This document shows, piece by piece, positions 1 through 14,345 of a stretch of 64,000 nt of DNA (within the stretch, counting starts at the first letter, position 1; each line of letters begins with the position of its first letter). The notes below the pieces were generated by a model. That model was not told the origin of the DNA and searched no databases. It was given only the letters and a program-made list of their open reading frames with translations. The DNA comes from Eledone cirrhosa (Eukaryota), in assembly GCA_964016885.1 (NCBI GenBank), contig CAXHJY010000973.1, forward strand, positions 62,001 through 126,000, in the 5' to 3' direction. Both the position numbers and the translations under genes were made by a program.

Positions 1-176
1 TACGTATATATAGATAGATAAATATACACGGGTGTGTATGATTGTGTATAGAAGATTATATTAATAAGAGGAATTCCAACTTTGTCTGATTTACTCGTTT
101 TATTTACAATCCTTTAAAATTTATAATGGTATTATAATGAAATAGTATGATAGAATATTAAATGTTAAGTGTCAAT

Positions 177-215
177 TGAACAAGTACTTTCATGCTTTCG
201 CAATCTTCAGGTTCA
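177..215 (-). ncRNA. Minimal type I hammerhead ribozyme (mirror copy in left arm)
   Basis: Exact reverse complement of 288-326. Confidence 0.75.
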
Positions 216-287
216 TAATGTGTGGTGACAGTCAAGTTTGCAATTTTCACAGTTGAAAATTGCAAACTTGACTGTCACCACACATTA

Positions 288-326
288 TGAACCTGAAGAT
301 TGCGAAAGCATGAAAGTACTTGTTCA
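288..326 (+). ncRNA. Minimal type I hammerhead ribozyme
   Basis: TGAAC-CTGAAGA-T-TGC(GAAA)GCA-T-GAAA-GTAC-T-T-GTTCA: stem I TGAAC/GTTCA, CUGANGA and GAAA core, stem II with a GAAA loop, palindromic stem III (AAGTACTT). Confidence 0.75.
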
Positions 327-442
327 ATTGACACTTAACATTTAATATTCTATCATACTATTTCATTATAATACCATTATAAATTTTAAAGGATTGTAAA
401 TAAAACGAGTAAATCAGACAAAGTTGGAATTCCTCTTATTAA

Positions 443-499
443 TATATATATACATATATATATATACATATATATATATATACATATATATATATAGAC

Positions 500-530
<31 letters not shown>

Positions 531-573
531 CATATACATATATATACATATATATATATATACATATATATAC

Positions 574-604
<31 letters not shown>

Positions 605-660
605 CATATACATATATACATATATATATACATATACATATATATATATACATATATATA
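443..660. repeat. (TA)n/TACA microsatellite
   Basis: Direct reading. Confidence 0.95.
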
Positions 661-1700
661 TCATCATCATCATCGTTTAACGTCCCTGTTCCACGCTTGC
701 ATGGGTTTGGATGGGGGTTTTCCCACTTGAGGCAAGAGTGGTTGTCTTGCTCGCATAGGACTGCCTGGCGGGTTTTCTACAGCTGGATGCCCTTCCTAAC
801 ACCAACCACATTTACAGTGTGGGGCTGGGAGGTTTTTACCGTGTTGCCTACATGGCCACATTACAGCGTGGACTGTGTGTTTTTTTGTCGTGACACCTAC
901 ACGATCTCATTTGTTTCGGCCTGGATGGTGTAGCACCAACATAACTTTACATAGAAGGGGGCGGTGTGGATGGGGTGGGGGTGGTGGTGGTGGGACGGGG
1001 TGTATTTTGTTAGAGATGCCTACTGACTGTAGTAGGTTTTACTTTGTATTTAGGTAAGGCGGGTCTTCTCTGTTACTGAGTACCGCCAAAGGTCTCGGTC
1101 CACTCCGTGACTACCGTCTATCTTTATTGCCCTGCACTTTGTTATACAGCTGTCATCTTTCATGCGCATCACGTGACCGTACCAACGTAGCCTTCTCTCG
1201 AGTAAACAACATCTGATCCCTCTTATCTCTAATTTTTTCCTTAGTTCGTTTATGCTTTGCCGTTCACGTATATTACTGTTACACATCCAGCGGAGCATGC
1301 AAGCTTCGTTCCTCTCTAGTCTGCGTATATCCTCTGCACACAATGCCCAGGTCTCACTGCCATGCAACATTGCTGTTCGTATGCAGGCATCGTACAACCT
1401 GCCTTTCACTTTTAGTGAGAACCCTTTAGCAGTTAATAGTGGTATAAGCTCTCTGAACTTTTTCCAACCAGTTCTGACTCTAGCTACTGTACTTTCAGAG
1501 CACCCTCCCCCACTGCTGATTTTATCGCCCAGGTAACGGAAGCTGTCCACTATTTCTATAGAACCCTCTGCGCAGTTGAAGGAGCTAGTATTTTGTGAGC
1601 ACTTGCTGCTACTTATTGCACCAGAGCACCGGCCACATGTAAAATCTATGTTCTTAGTTAGCTTACCTGTGATCCCACTACATCTTTTATGCACCCATAC
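661..1700 (-). mobile_element. RTE-clade LINE, subfamily A, 5'-truncated, with (TGA)n tail and an internal in-frame deletion of about 78 bp
   Basis: ORF 1050.. contains [38 protein letters not shown] tail at 661-674. Lacks GRPRKTW...KTMSL that the 31324 copy has. Confidence 0.9.
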
Positions 1701-1726
1701 TATATATATATATACATATATAGATA

Positions 1727-1759
<33 letters not shown>

Positions 1760-1822
1760 ACATATATATACACATATACATATATATATACATATACATA
1801 TATATATACATATATATATATA

Positions 1823-1855
<33 letters not shown>

Positions 1856-2100
1856 ACATATATATACACATATACATATATATATACATATACATATATA
1901 TATACATATATATATATATACATATACATATATATATACATATATATATATATACATATACATATATATATACATATATATATATATACATATATATATA
2001 CATATATATATATATACATATACATATATATATATACATATATATATATACATATATACATATATATATATATATACATATATACATATATATATATATA
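1700..2100. repeat. (TA)n/TACA microsatellite
   Basis: Direct reading; internal duplication of about 96 bp. Confidence 0.95.
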
Positions 2101-5100
2101 CTGGAAAAAAACATTCGAGCTATCACCCAGCACCACCCTCCACTATCACCCCACTGCACAAACTCCCATTGCTGCCATTAACAAACAAACAAATTAACAA
2201 CACACCAAAACAATTAAAACCATCCACTCTCGCCTCTACATTTTTGCTTAACGCCCAAGGCATCAGCCCTTCCACCAATACTCAAAAATGGAAGATCAAA
2301 TTCCTGGAGGACTGGATTGATGTCCATCCAAACCACATCCCTTTCTTCGTCCTCACTGAAACCCATCTCAGTAACCTCCACTTGGAAGCCGAGGTGAAAG
2401 TGAAAAATTTCAAAGCCATCCGTGCTGATCGCGCTGGCAGAAGAAAGGGCGGAACTGCCATTTATGTCCATAATTCTTTCTCAACAGAGGCTATGAACAT
2501 ATTCACTAATGGATACTGTGAGGCAGTCACTGTATTCAGTCAAACCAACAACCTATTAGTAGTTGGGCTCTATAGGCCACCCCAAACGCCTGTACCATGC
2601 TTCAAGGAATGCCTCAACAGCATAAAGTGTTTCATCCAAGAGTGTCACCCTGACAACATCTTAATGATGGGGGACTTCAACCTCCCCGGAGTTGACTGGT
2701 CCACAAACACCCTGCCACCAGGTTCTTCTGCCTCAACCTCTGACAGGGAAGCTGTGGAATCGCTTCTTGACTTCATGGATGATTTCTTCCTATCCCAACT
2801 AGTGCTCGAACCAACGAGGTGCCACAAAAACGTCCTAGACTTAATTTTCAGCAATCACACTGACAATATCCACAATATTGCAGTGGAGAAAACTCTACTC
2901 TCTGATCATGACATGGTTCTCTGTGATCTGAGATTCCACCGTCCAATATACAAACCCAATGTCATTTCTCCTGTCCATCCGTTTGACGCTATGGATTTCC
3001 ACAATGCAAACTGGGAAGCGATCAGTCATGATCTTGCACATGTCGACTGGTCCTTCACGCACACTCATACACCCACTAACATCAAAAAGTCCTGGCAGAC
3101 ATTTGTGGACACTGTTACAAACATATGTGCTAAACACACCCCATTAAGAACTATAAACAAATCTAAGAGCAGAATCCCTAGAAATAGAAAAACGCTCATC
3201 AGAAAAATTAAGAGAACGAACAAAAAAATCAACAATCTGAAATACTGTCAGCAGCAACACATCAACTTGACTGCCATTTCATCACTAGAGATTAAAAAAC
3301 ATAACCTCCAAAACAACATAATGTCCCTCATCAACAATCAGAGAAGAGCTGAAGAGGCCTGGGCCATTGAGAAGATCAAACTTAATCCCAAAGTGTTCTT
3401 TTCATTTGCAAAAAAACACAAAATCACTGGCTCTACTGTTGGCCCTCTAATTGATGAAAATGGCACTCTTCAAGACAATGCTAAAACCATGGGTGAGATA
3501 CTGCAGAAACAATACTGCTCTGTTTTCAGCAATCCTGATATGGCCGATCTGGGCTGTATCGGCGATGTTACTCCCCATTACACCTTATCGGACATAACGT
3601 TTGGCGCCCCTGATGTCTTGGCGGCAATAAAGGAAATCAAGCATAATTCAGCAGTAGGTCCCGATAGGTTCCCTGCTTGTGTCTTGAAGGCGTGTCAACA
3701 CCAACTTGCTTCTCCTCTTGCCAATCTGTGGCGGAACTCACTGGATGCTGGATATGTGCCAGAAAACCTTCTATCCCAGTCTGTTGTCCCAGTTTTCAAA
3801 AAGGGAAACAAATCCCTTGCCGTGAATTACCGTCCAATCTCACTCACCTCTCATATCATTAAGGTATTTGAGCGAGTGGTGAGATCGCGAATGACCCACT
3901 TCCTTGAGAGTAACAATATGCTGAACTCCAACCAGCATGGATTCCGTAATGGAAGGGATTGCCTGACGCAACTACTGCATCACTTTGATGACATTTTGAG
4001 AGCCTTGGGAGAGGGTTCCAACACTGATGTTATCTACCTTGATTTCAGCAAGGCCTTTGACAGGGTTGATCATAACATTCTACTGAGAAAGCTGTCCAAT
4101 ATTGGTGTCACTGGAAAGCTGCTGCAGTGGATCAAGAGCTTCCTGTCAAACAGAACCCAACATGTTGTAGTTGAGGGAGTCAAATCAAGCCCAGCCAAAG
4201 TCAGTAGTGGAGTCCCACAAGGCACTGTGTTGGGCCCACTTCTCTTCATCATCTATATTAATGACATCACTGACATCATCAAACACAGCAACATTAAAAT
4301 TTTCGCTGATGATTCCAAGCTCCAAAAGGTCATCAATGGCGTGGATGACCGGATAAGCCTTCAGTCAGACCTACTGGCTGTTACCCAATGGGCAGAAAAG
4401 AACAACATGTTACTGAACGAAGACAAATTCGAACTGATCCACTTTGGAAAAGAGGATGCTCTGAAACTCCCGTACTCCCTTCCCTCCGGGGAAACTCTCG
4501 TGGCATCTAACAACATCAGAGACTTGGGAGTAACCGTGGACAGCAACATAAGCTGGACCACGCATATAAGCAGCAAAGTTGACATGGCCCGCAGAATGTG
4601 TTCCTGGATCCTCAGAACCTTCCAGTCGAGAGATTCCCGCACCATTATCCTTCTCTTCTCTACTTTCGCCCGACCACACCTTGAATACTGTTGTCCACTG
4701 TGGTCTCCCCACACGAAACAAAGTATCATGAAACTTGAAGCTCCTCAAAGGGCAATCACGAAAAAGATAGATGGCATGTCAGACCTTGATTACTGGGGTC
4801 GATTGGAAAACCTGAAACTTTACTCACTCCAACGTCGCCGTGAGCGTTATATTATCTGCATGATGTGGAAAATGTTCCATCATCACTGCCCAAATGATGT
4901 TGGCATCGCCTTCAAGATACACCCAAGGCTTGGGCCCCGTGCTATCCGTCCCATTCAAAAATCTAAATCGCAACTCATAACAACAATACGGCACAATTAT
5001 TTCACCTCAATCGGCCCTGCTCTCTTCAACATCACACCAGGACACGTCAAAACAGAAACTGACCACACAAAATTCAAGAAGTCTTTGGACAAATTCCTCC

Positions 5101-5189
5101 AAGTAATCCCGGACAAACCACCCACACCCGGATATGTCTCCGCAAACAGTAATTCTCTTCTCGAATGGGCCATGGTGCCCAAATCCTGA
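2101..5189 (+). CDS. LINE ORF2: AP endonuclease plus reverse transcriptase (true start uncertain; the YI N-terminus in the ORF track is a microsatellite artefact)
   Basis: [73 protein letters not shown]. No stops. Confidence 0.9.
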
Positions 5190-5273
5190 ATTGAAAGACT
5201 TCGCCAGGTGGTGCTATTAAGTTAGACATGGCCTGGGCCAATACTGGCCAAAACATTTCAAAGTTATTCAAAG

Positions 5274-5275
<2 letters not shown>
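2101..5275 (+). mobile_element. CR1-clade LINE, 5'-truncated just upstream of an intact ORF2
   Basis: APE and RT motifs, short 3' UTR ending TTCAAAGTTATTCAAAGTT, (TA)n on both sides. Confidence 0.88.
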
Positions 5276-6740
<1,465 letters not shown>

Positions 6741-7360
6741 AACCTGGGACGAGCTGATAAATTCCGACCTCACACACTTACACCTCTCCAAGACAATGTC
6801 ACTGGACCGAGAGCTTTGGCGGTACTCAGTAATAGAGAAGACCCGCCTTACCTAAATACAAAGTAAAACCTACTACAGTCAGTAGGCATCTCTAACAAAA
6901 TACACCCCCGTCCCACCATCCACACCCCATCCACACCGCCCCTTTCAATGTAAAGTTATGTTGGTGCCACAACATCCAGGCCGAAACAAATGAGATCGTG
7001 TAGGTGTCACGACAAAAAAAAAACAGTCCACGCTGTAATGTGGCCGTGTAGGCAACACGGTAAAAACCTCCCAGTCCCTCACTGTAAATGTGGTTGGTGT
7101 TAGGAAGGGCATCCAGCTGTAGAAAACCCGCCAGACAGTCCACGCTGTAATGTGGCCGTGTAGGCAACACGGTAAAAACCTCCCAGCCCCACACTGTAAA
7201 TGTGGTTGGTGTTAGGAAGGGCATCCAGCTGTAGAAAACCCGCCAGACAGTCCTATGCGAGCAAGACAACCAATCTTGCCTCAGGTGGGAAAACTCCTGT
7301 CCAAACCCATGCAAGCGTGGAAGATGGACGCTAAACCTTGATGATGATGATGATGATGAT
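6741..7360 (+). mobile_element. RTE LINE subfamily A 3' end, with 112-bp tandem duplication in the 3' UTR and (TGA)n tail
   Basis: Reverse complement of 30820-31440. ACAGTCC repeats at 7023 and 7135. Confidence 0.88.
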
Positions 7361-7512
7361 ATATACATATATATATACATATATATATATATACATATAT
7401 ACATATATATATATATACATATATACATATATATATATATACATATATATACATACATATATACATATACATATATATACATATATATATACATACATAT
7501 ATAGATATATAC

Positions 7513-7543
<31 letters not shown>

Positions 7544-7570
7544 CATATATATACATATATATATACATAC

Positions 7571-7601
<31 letters not shown>

Positions 7602-7666
7602 CATATATACATATATATATATATACATATATATACATATATATATACATACATATATATATACAC
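7360..7666. repeat. (TA)n/TACA microsatellite
   Basis: Direct reading. Confidence 0.95.
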
Positions 7667-8121
7667 ATCATCATCATCACCGTTTTACGTCCGTTCTTCC
7701 ACGCTAGCATGGGTTAGACGGGTTGTCCTGTTGTGTGCAGTGTCTGGTCGGCTGACCATGCCTTGCTCATACAGGAACTGATCTGGCTTGATTTCTACAG
7801 CTGGATGCCCTTCCTAACACCAACCTCATTTACAGTGAGTGCTGGGTGCTTTTTCGTGGCGCCTACACGTCTACTTTACAGTGTGGGCTGGGTGCTTTTT
7901 TGCCGTGGCACCTCCACGACCACCTTGCGGTGGGGGGAGTGGGGGCATATTGTCTATATGCTTTAGCATGTACCCATGGGAGGTCGGGTACCCTGTATTA
8001 CTGCGTGACGCCAGAAGTCACGGTCGTGTGTCATTGTCTTTGAGAGGTGTAGTTGGGTAAGGTCGGCTTTTATCACCTCATCCCAGGTCATCTTGGGTCT
8101 CCCCACTCCGCGGTTTCCATC
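7667..8121 (-). mobile_element. RTE LINE subfamily B 3' end
   Basis: [15 protein letters not shown]...HDRDFWR; reverse complement of 30340-30800; CATCAT tail. Confidence 0.88.
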
Positions 8122-9287
<1,166 letters not shown>

Positions 9288-9540
9288 CCCCCCCCCCCCC
9301 AGTTCTATGTAAAGTTATGTTGGTGCCGCGCCATCGAGGCCGAAACAAATGAGATCGTGTAGGTGTCACGACAAAAAAACACACAGTCCACGCTGTAAAT
9401 GTGGCCGTGTAGGCAACACGGTAAAAACCTCCCAGCCCCACACTGTAAATGTGGTTGGTGTTAGGAAGGGCATCCAGCTGTAGAAAACCTGCCAGACAGT
9501 CCTATGCGAGCAAGACAACCACTCTTGCCTCAAGTGGGAC
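9288..9540 (+). mobile_element. RTE subfamily A 3' UTR fragment
   Basis: Reverse complement of 720-955 (GGAAGGGCATCCAGCTGTAGAAAAC...). Confidence 0.8.
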
Positions 9541-9883
9541 TACCCATATATATATATATATAAGTATTAGACTATTAACAATACGTTATTCACTGAGTTG
9601 TCCACATATTCATACATTCTTTTATAGATTTATTTATATTTATTTGTTAACATATTTCCCCTCCACCAGGTGTAGAAGTAGAAACACTTCTCACTAGTAT
9701 TAACATCACTAATCACACCTGCACTCACTGTATTCTACAATACCTGCTTATTAAAGGTGACCACAGCACTCGTTAAGGTGGTTGGCGGCGAAATTCTCGG
9801 GATCTCTCTTATTTATATTTCATTTTACTCAGTTAAGTCATGTAGAGGTAGGTATACATATAAACATTATATGTGTATATATA

Positions 9884-10075
9884 AGGCCGGTGAATTAGCA
9901 GTATCGGTAGAGGGTCGGACACCATGCTTTGACGCATAGTTACGGCCATTGCCATTCTGAGTTCAAATCCCGCCGAGGTTAACTTTGCCTTTCATCCTTA
10001 CGGGGTCGATAAAATAAAGTACCAGTAATGTACTGGGTAATTGCTGGCCTTGTGCCAAAAGTAGGAACAATTATG
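9884..10075 (+). mobile_element. tRNA-derived SINE
   Basis: A-box-like TTAGCAGTATCGG, B box GAGTTCAAATCC, central GCCTTTCATCCTT..GGGGTCGATAAA..AGTACCAG block shared with the 24820 and 27790 copies. Confidence 0.8.
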
Positions 10076-10082
10076 CGTGTGT

Positions 10083-12290
10083 ATCATCATCATCATCATC
10101 ATCATTATTACTGCGTGACGCCAGAAGTCACGGTCGTGTGTCATTGACTTTGAGAGGTGTAGTTGGGTAAGGTCGGCTTTTATCACCTCATCCCAAGTCA
10201 TCTTGGGTCTCCCCACTCCGCGGTTTCCATCAACTTCTAGTGCTCTGCACCTTTTTATGCAGCTGTCATCCTTCATACGCATCACATGTCCATACCAGCG
10301 TAACCGCCTCTCCTGCACGCAGCATTTGATTCCTCTTATGCTCAGTCTCTCTCTCAATTCCTTTATGCTTTGTCGTTCACGTATATTACTGTTACACATC
10401 CATCGGAGCATGCAGGCTTCGTTTCTCTCTAATCTACGTAAGTCTTCCACCTTCAGCGCCCAGGTCTCACTACCATGCAACATCGCTGTTCGGATACACG
10501 CATCATACAGTCTGCCTTTCATTCTGAGGGAGAAGCCTTTTGCAGCTAGCAGTGGTAGTAGTTCCCTAAACTTCTTCCATCCCGTTCTTACCCTAGTTAT
10601 TGTACTTTCTGAGCACCCACCTCCGTTGCTAATTCGGTCACCTAGGTAGCAGAAGCTGTCTATTGTTTCTACAGGGCCCTCCCAGAGATTGGTGGTACTT
10701 GTTTCCTGTGGCTGTTTGCTTGCTGTTTCAGCACAGCTGCTGCATGTGAATCCTACATTCTTAATTAAGCTTCCTGAGATCCCGCTACATCTCTTGTGTA
10801 CCCATTGTTTGCATTTGGGGCAGAGAATGGAGTTCCTACCTACACCTTTCCTACATACTGAGCAAGGCCATTTCCCTGAGGGGATCTGGGTTCTGTTTTC
10901 TCGTCTACTTATAAGGACCTTAGTCTTTGTCATGTTGACTTTGAGGCCCTTTCTCTCTAGTCCCTGCTTCCAGGTTTGGAATTTATTCTCTAGTTCTACC
11001 ATAGATTCAGCTATGAGTGCGAGGTCATCAGCATACAGGAGTTCCCATGGGCATCCGGTCTTAAACTCCTCCGTTATTGCCTGCAGGACTATGATGAACA
11101 GGAGAGGGCTAAGAACAGAGCCCTGGTGGACCCCAACCTGTACGCTAAATTCCTCGCTATACTCATTGCCAATCCTAACTTTGCTGACTGCTCCCCTATA
11201 CATGGCTTGTACCGCTTTCACAAGCCATTCATCTACTCCTAGTTTTCTAAGAGCCCACCAGATTACTGCACGTGGAACTCTGTCAAAGGCTTTCTCAAGG
11301 TCGACAAATGCCAAGTAGAGTGGCTTACTTTTAGCTAGGTACTTTTCCTGTAATTGCCTCACAAGGAAGAGGGCATCAGTGGTGCCTTTCCCTGGTACAA
11401 ACCCAAATTGCATCTCGTCTATATTCACCCGGTCCCTAATCAGCTGTGCTATAACTCTTTCTGTTACTTTCATGACCTGGTCCATCAACTTTATACCTCT
11501 ATAGTTTCCTCTATCTAGTGCATCGCCTTTACCTTTGTAGCAGTTGACAATGATGCTACTGCACCAATCTTTTGGTATGGCTCCCTCTAGTATTACCTGG
11601 TTAACGATACGTGTGGTTATAGTGTGACCTACAGACCCAGATGCCTTCAGCATCTCGGCAGCTATACCCGATGGACCGGTTGCCTTCCCTATCTTCATAT
11701 CTCTGATTGCCTTACTTACTACGCTGCCGCTGACTTGTACTGCTGGTCCCTCTATAGGGTCTACGTGGGGTAGGGTCTCTTCTTCCCATGCATTCTCCTC
11801 ATTTAGTAATCTATCATAATGACTCTTCCATGCATCTTTCTTCTCAGCACTTGTGAGGGCAAGCTCACCTTTATCATTCCGGATACACTTCTCTCCAATG
11901 ACATCACAACTATCTCTGACACACTGCCTCGCAATCTTGAATACCTCCTGTTTCTGGTCCTCACGTTGTAAAACATGCTTGAATTTTCTATCCTCTGCTT
12001 CCCTCCTAGCTAAGTATACTTGTCGCCTAGCTTCCCTCTTGGTCTCTATGTAATGTACCCTGCTCCCCCCGTTCTTCCATTCTTTCCATGCCTGTCTCTT
12101 GGCCTTGACTGCTTCATCTACCTTATTGTTCCACTACCAAGTCACTCTCCTCCTGCTTGAGGTCTTACTCCAGCCACAAACCTCATCCGTCGCCTCTAGT
12201 AAGTTATTTTTTAGGAACTCCCAGTTCTCTTCTACGTTAAATGTCTCTATCTGTTCTTCTTTACTGTCGTAGGCGTTGAGTAAAATATCT
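10083..12290 (-). mobile_element. RTE LINE subfamily B, 5'-truncated, no 3' UTR, ORF running directly into (TGA)n
   Basis: 566-aa ORF with NYRGIKL, FVDLEKAFD, GVHQGSVLSP, YADD and a PHD-like Cys/His cluster; near-identical inverted copy at 28290-30460. Confidence 0.92.
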
Positions 12291-12295
12291 TATAT

Positions 12296-12553
12296 ATCAT
12301 CATTTAACGTCTATCTTCCAGGCTAGCATGGGTTAGACGGGAATTGTCCCAATTTGAGGCAAGGTTGGTCGAGTGACCATGTCTCTCGTCTGGCAGGTTT
12401 TCTACGACTGGATGCCCTTCCTAACACCAACCACCTTTACAGTGTGGAACTGGGAGGTTTTTACCGTGTTACCTACACTACCACATTACAGCGTGGACTG
12501 TGTGTTTTATTGTGGTGACACCTACACAACCTCATTAGTCTGGACTGGATGTT
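12296..12553 (-). mobile_element. Diverged RTE 3' UTR fragment
   Basis: CATCAT tail and GGATGCCCTTCCTAACACCAACC block. Confidence 0.75.
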
Positions 12554-12664
12554 GAGAGAGAGAGAGAGACTTAATCCCTCCATTTCTTTCCTGGGTTTAT
12601 CAGATTTTGGTATCTGAAATGAAGAGAATTTGTGTGATGGCCAGATGGCTGTACTCAAAGGGTC

Positions 12665-12825
12665 ATCATCACCAGAACCACCACCACCACCTCTACTACC
12701 ACCACCTCCACTGTCACCACCACCACCATCACCACCGTCATTACTACCACCACCACCACCACCTCCACCCCACCAAAACCACCACCACAACCAACACACC
12801 ACCACCAGTACTACACCACCACCAT
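12665..12825. repeat. (CAC)n degenerate trinucleotide repeat
   Basis: Direct reading. Confidence 0.9.
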
Positions 12826-12877
12826 ACAATGGAATTATTTCATTAAACTACAACAAACAAAAATACTTTGAACAATA

Positions 12878-12883
12878 TTTATT
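12878..12883 (-). promoter_or_regulatory. Candidate polyadenylation signal (AATAAA) for NCAPH
   Basis: TTTATT on +, about 330 nt after the NCAPH stop; position-only evidence. Confidence 0.35.
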
Positions 12884-12949
12884 TATGGGATCATATTTAT
12901 ATATATTGATTATATATTGGTGATGCCACACAGTTTAATGGAGTTTTAT

Positions 12950-13059
12950 GAGAGAGAGTTAGAGAGAGAGAAACAGTCAGACAGAGAGAGAGGGAGGGAG
13001 GGAGAATCAGAGAGAGAGAGGGAGATAGTCAGAGAGAGAGAGGGAGACAGACAGCGAGT

Positions 13060-13097
<38 letters not shown>

Positions 13098-13125
13098 ATC
13101 AGTCAGAGACAAACAGAGAGAGACA
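12950..13125. repeat. (GA)n-rich simple repeat (putative NCAPH 3' UTR)
   Basis: Direct reading. Confidence 0.9.
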
Positions 13126-13210
13126 GAACGTAAAGGGTGGTAACTCTATGATGTTTGAATCATGTCCCACCCCGCCACAGATACTACCAATCCCTCACAG
13201 TTGATAATGT

Positions 13211-13276
13211 TCATATTCTGTTAGAATCTTGAGAAATCTCTATGTCGCTCATTTCACAAGTGCGTAATGTGAGTCC
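13211..13276 (-). CDS. NCAPH: NCAPH terminal coding exon (GLTLRTCEMSDIEISQDSNRI*)
   Basis: Acceptor ttttatcttttattccaacag|GGA, phase 0. Continues ANEK in the manner of the recalled human C-terminus NLKLEGTEDLSDVLVRQGD*. Confidence 0.78.
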   Translation of the reverse strand, partial: GLTLRTCEMSDIEISQDSNRI

Positions 13277-13444
13277 CTGTTGGAATAAAAGATAAAACAG
13301 AAATATTTTTAGTGGATTGTCTCTGGATAAAGTACAAGAAAAAGAAGTTTGGTAGAATAGAGGGATCTCACTTGACCTACGACCCACAACAGAACAATTT
13401 TCACAGTACATTGCTTTTATTTCTCCCTCTTTTAACCCTTCACC

Positions 13445-14135
13445 ATTTACATTACTCTATATAATATTGTATTTTCACAGTAAAGGCTTTACCTCACATA
13501 TCTCACATAACATTTACATTACTCTATATATACTATTGTATTTTCACAGTAAAGGCATTACCTCACATAATATCTCACATAACATTTACATTACTCTATA
13601 TATAATATTGTATTTTCACAGTAAAGGCTTTACCTCACATAATATCTCACATAACATTTACATTACTCTATATATACTATTGTATTTTCACAGTAAAGGC
13701 ATTACCTCACATAATATCTCACATAACATTTACATTACTCTATATATAATATTGTATTTTCACAGTAAAGGCTTTACCTCACATAATATCTCACATAACA
13801 TTTACATTACTCTATATAATATTGTATTTTCACAGTAAAGGCTTTACCTCACATAATATCTCACATAACATTTACATTACTCTATATATACTATTGTATT
13901 TTCACAGTAAAGGCATTACCTCACATAACATTTACATTACTCTATATATAATATTGTATTTTCACAGTAAAGGCTTTACCTCACATAATATCTCACATAA
14001 CATTTACATTACTCTATATATAATATTGTATTTTCACAGTAAAGGCTTTACCTCACATAATATCTCACATAACATTTACATTACTCTATATATAATATTG
14101 TATTTTCACAGTAAAGGCTTTACCTCACATAACAT
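13445..14135. repeat. 60/68/71-bp AT-rich minisatellite, block 1
   Basis: Unit TATTTTCACAGTAAAGGCTTTACCTCACAT(AATATCTCACAT)AACATTTACATTACTCTATATATACTATTG. Confidence 0.95.
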
Positions 14136-14345
14136 CTCGTATACGAGAAACGTGTGTTGACGTGTGTGAACAAGCTCGGCTACCGAGTCGGATTTACTTA
14201 CTCAAAAGTGAGTTTTGATTAATTTTTTTATACTGTAATATACGTTAACCCCTTGCCTTGGTCGTCAAACTTTGAGTTTATTTATTTTCGCCCCTTTTTG
14301 GGGCAAATTTTCCAGTTAAAAACTTATTACGGCAAACTAATAGAA

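Larger units (their letters stand above)
57..446. mobile_element. Perfect palindrome (193-bp arms, 4-nt spacer CAGT at 250-253); probable inverted pLTR hairpin of a Penelope-like retroelement
   Basis: 57-249 is the reverse complement of 254-446. Each arm has a hammerhead motif followed by AATAAA, and the right arm runs into (TA)n. Confidence 0.8.

Noticed and set aside
9541-9883. Possible second Penelope remnant between TA tracts
   Set aside because: I could find no hammerhead core, palindrome or coding motif.
9884-10075. tRNA gene
   Set aside because: A/B boxes are followed by a SINE body found in several diverged copies, and no full cloverleaf is evident.
12473-13204. Gly/Pro/His-rich and ER-rich ORFs
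   Set aside because: They are translations of (CAC)n and (GA)n simple repeats.
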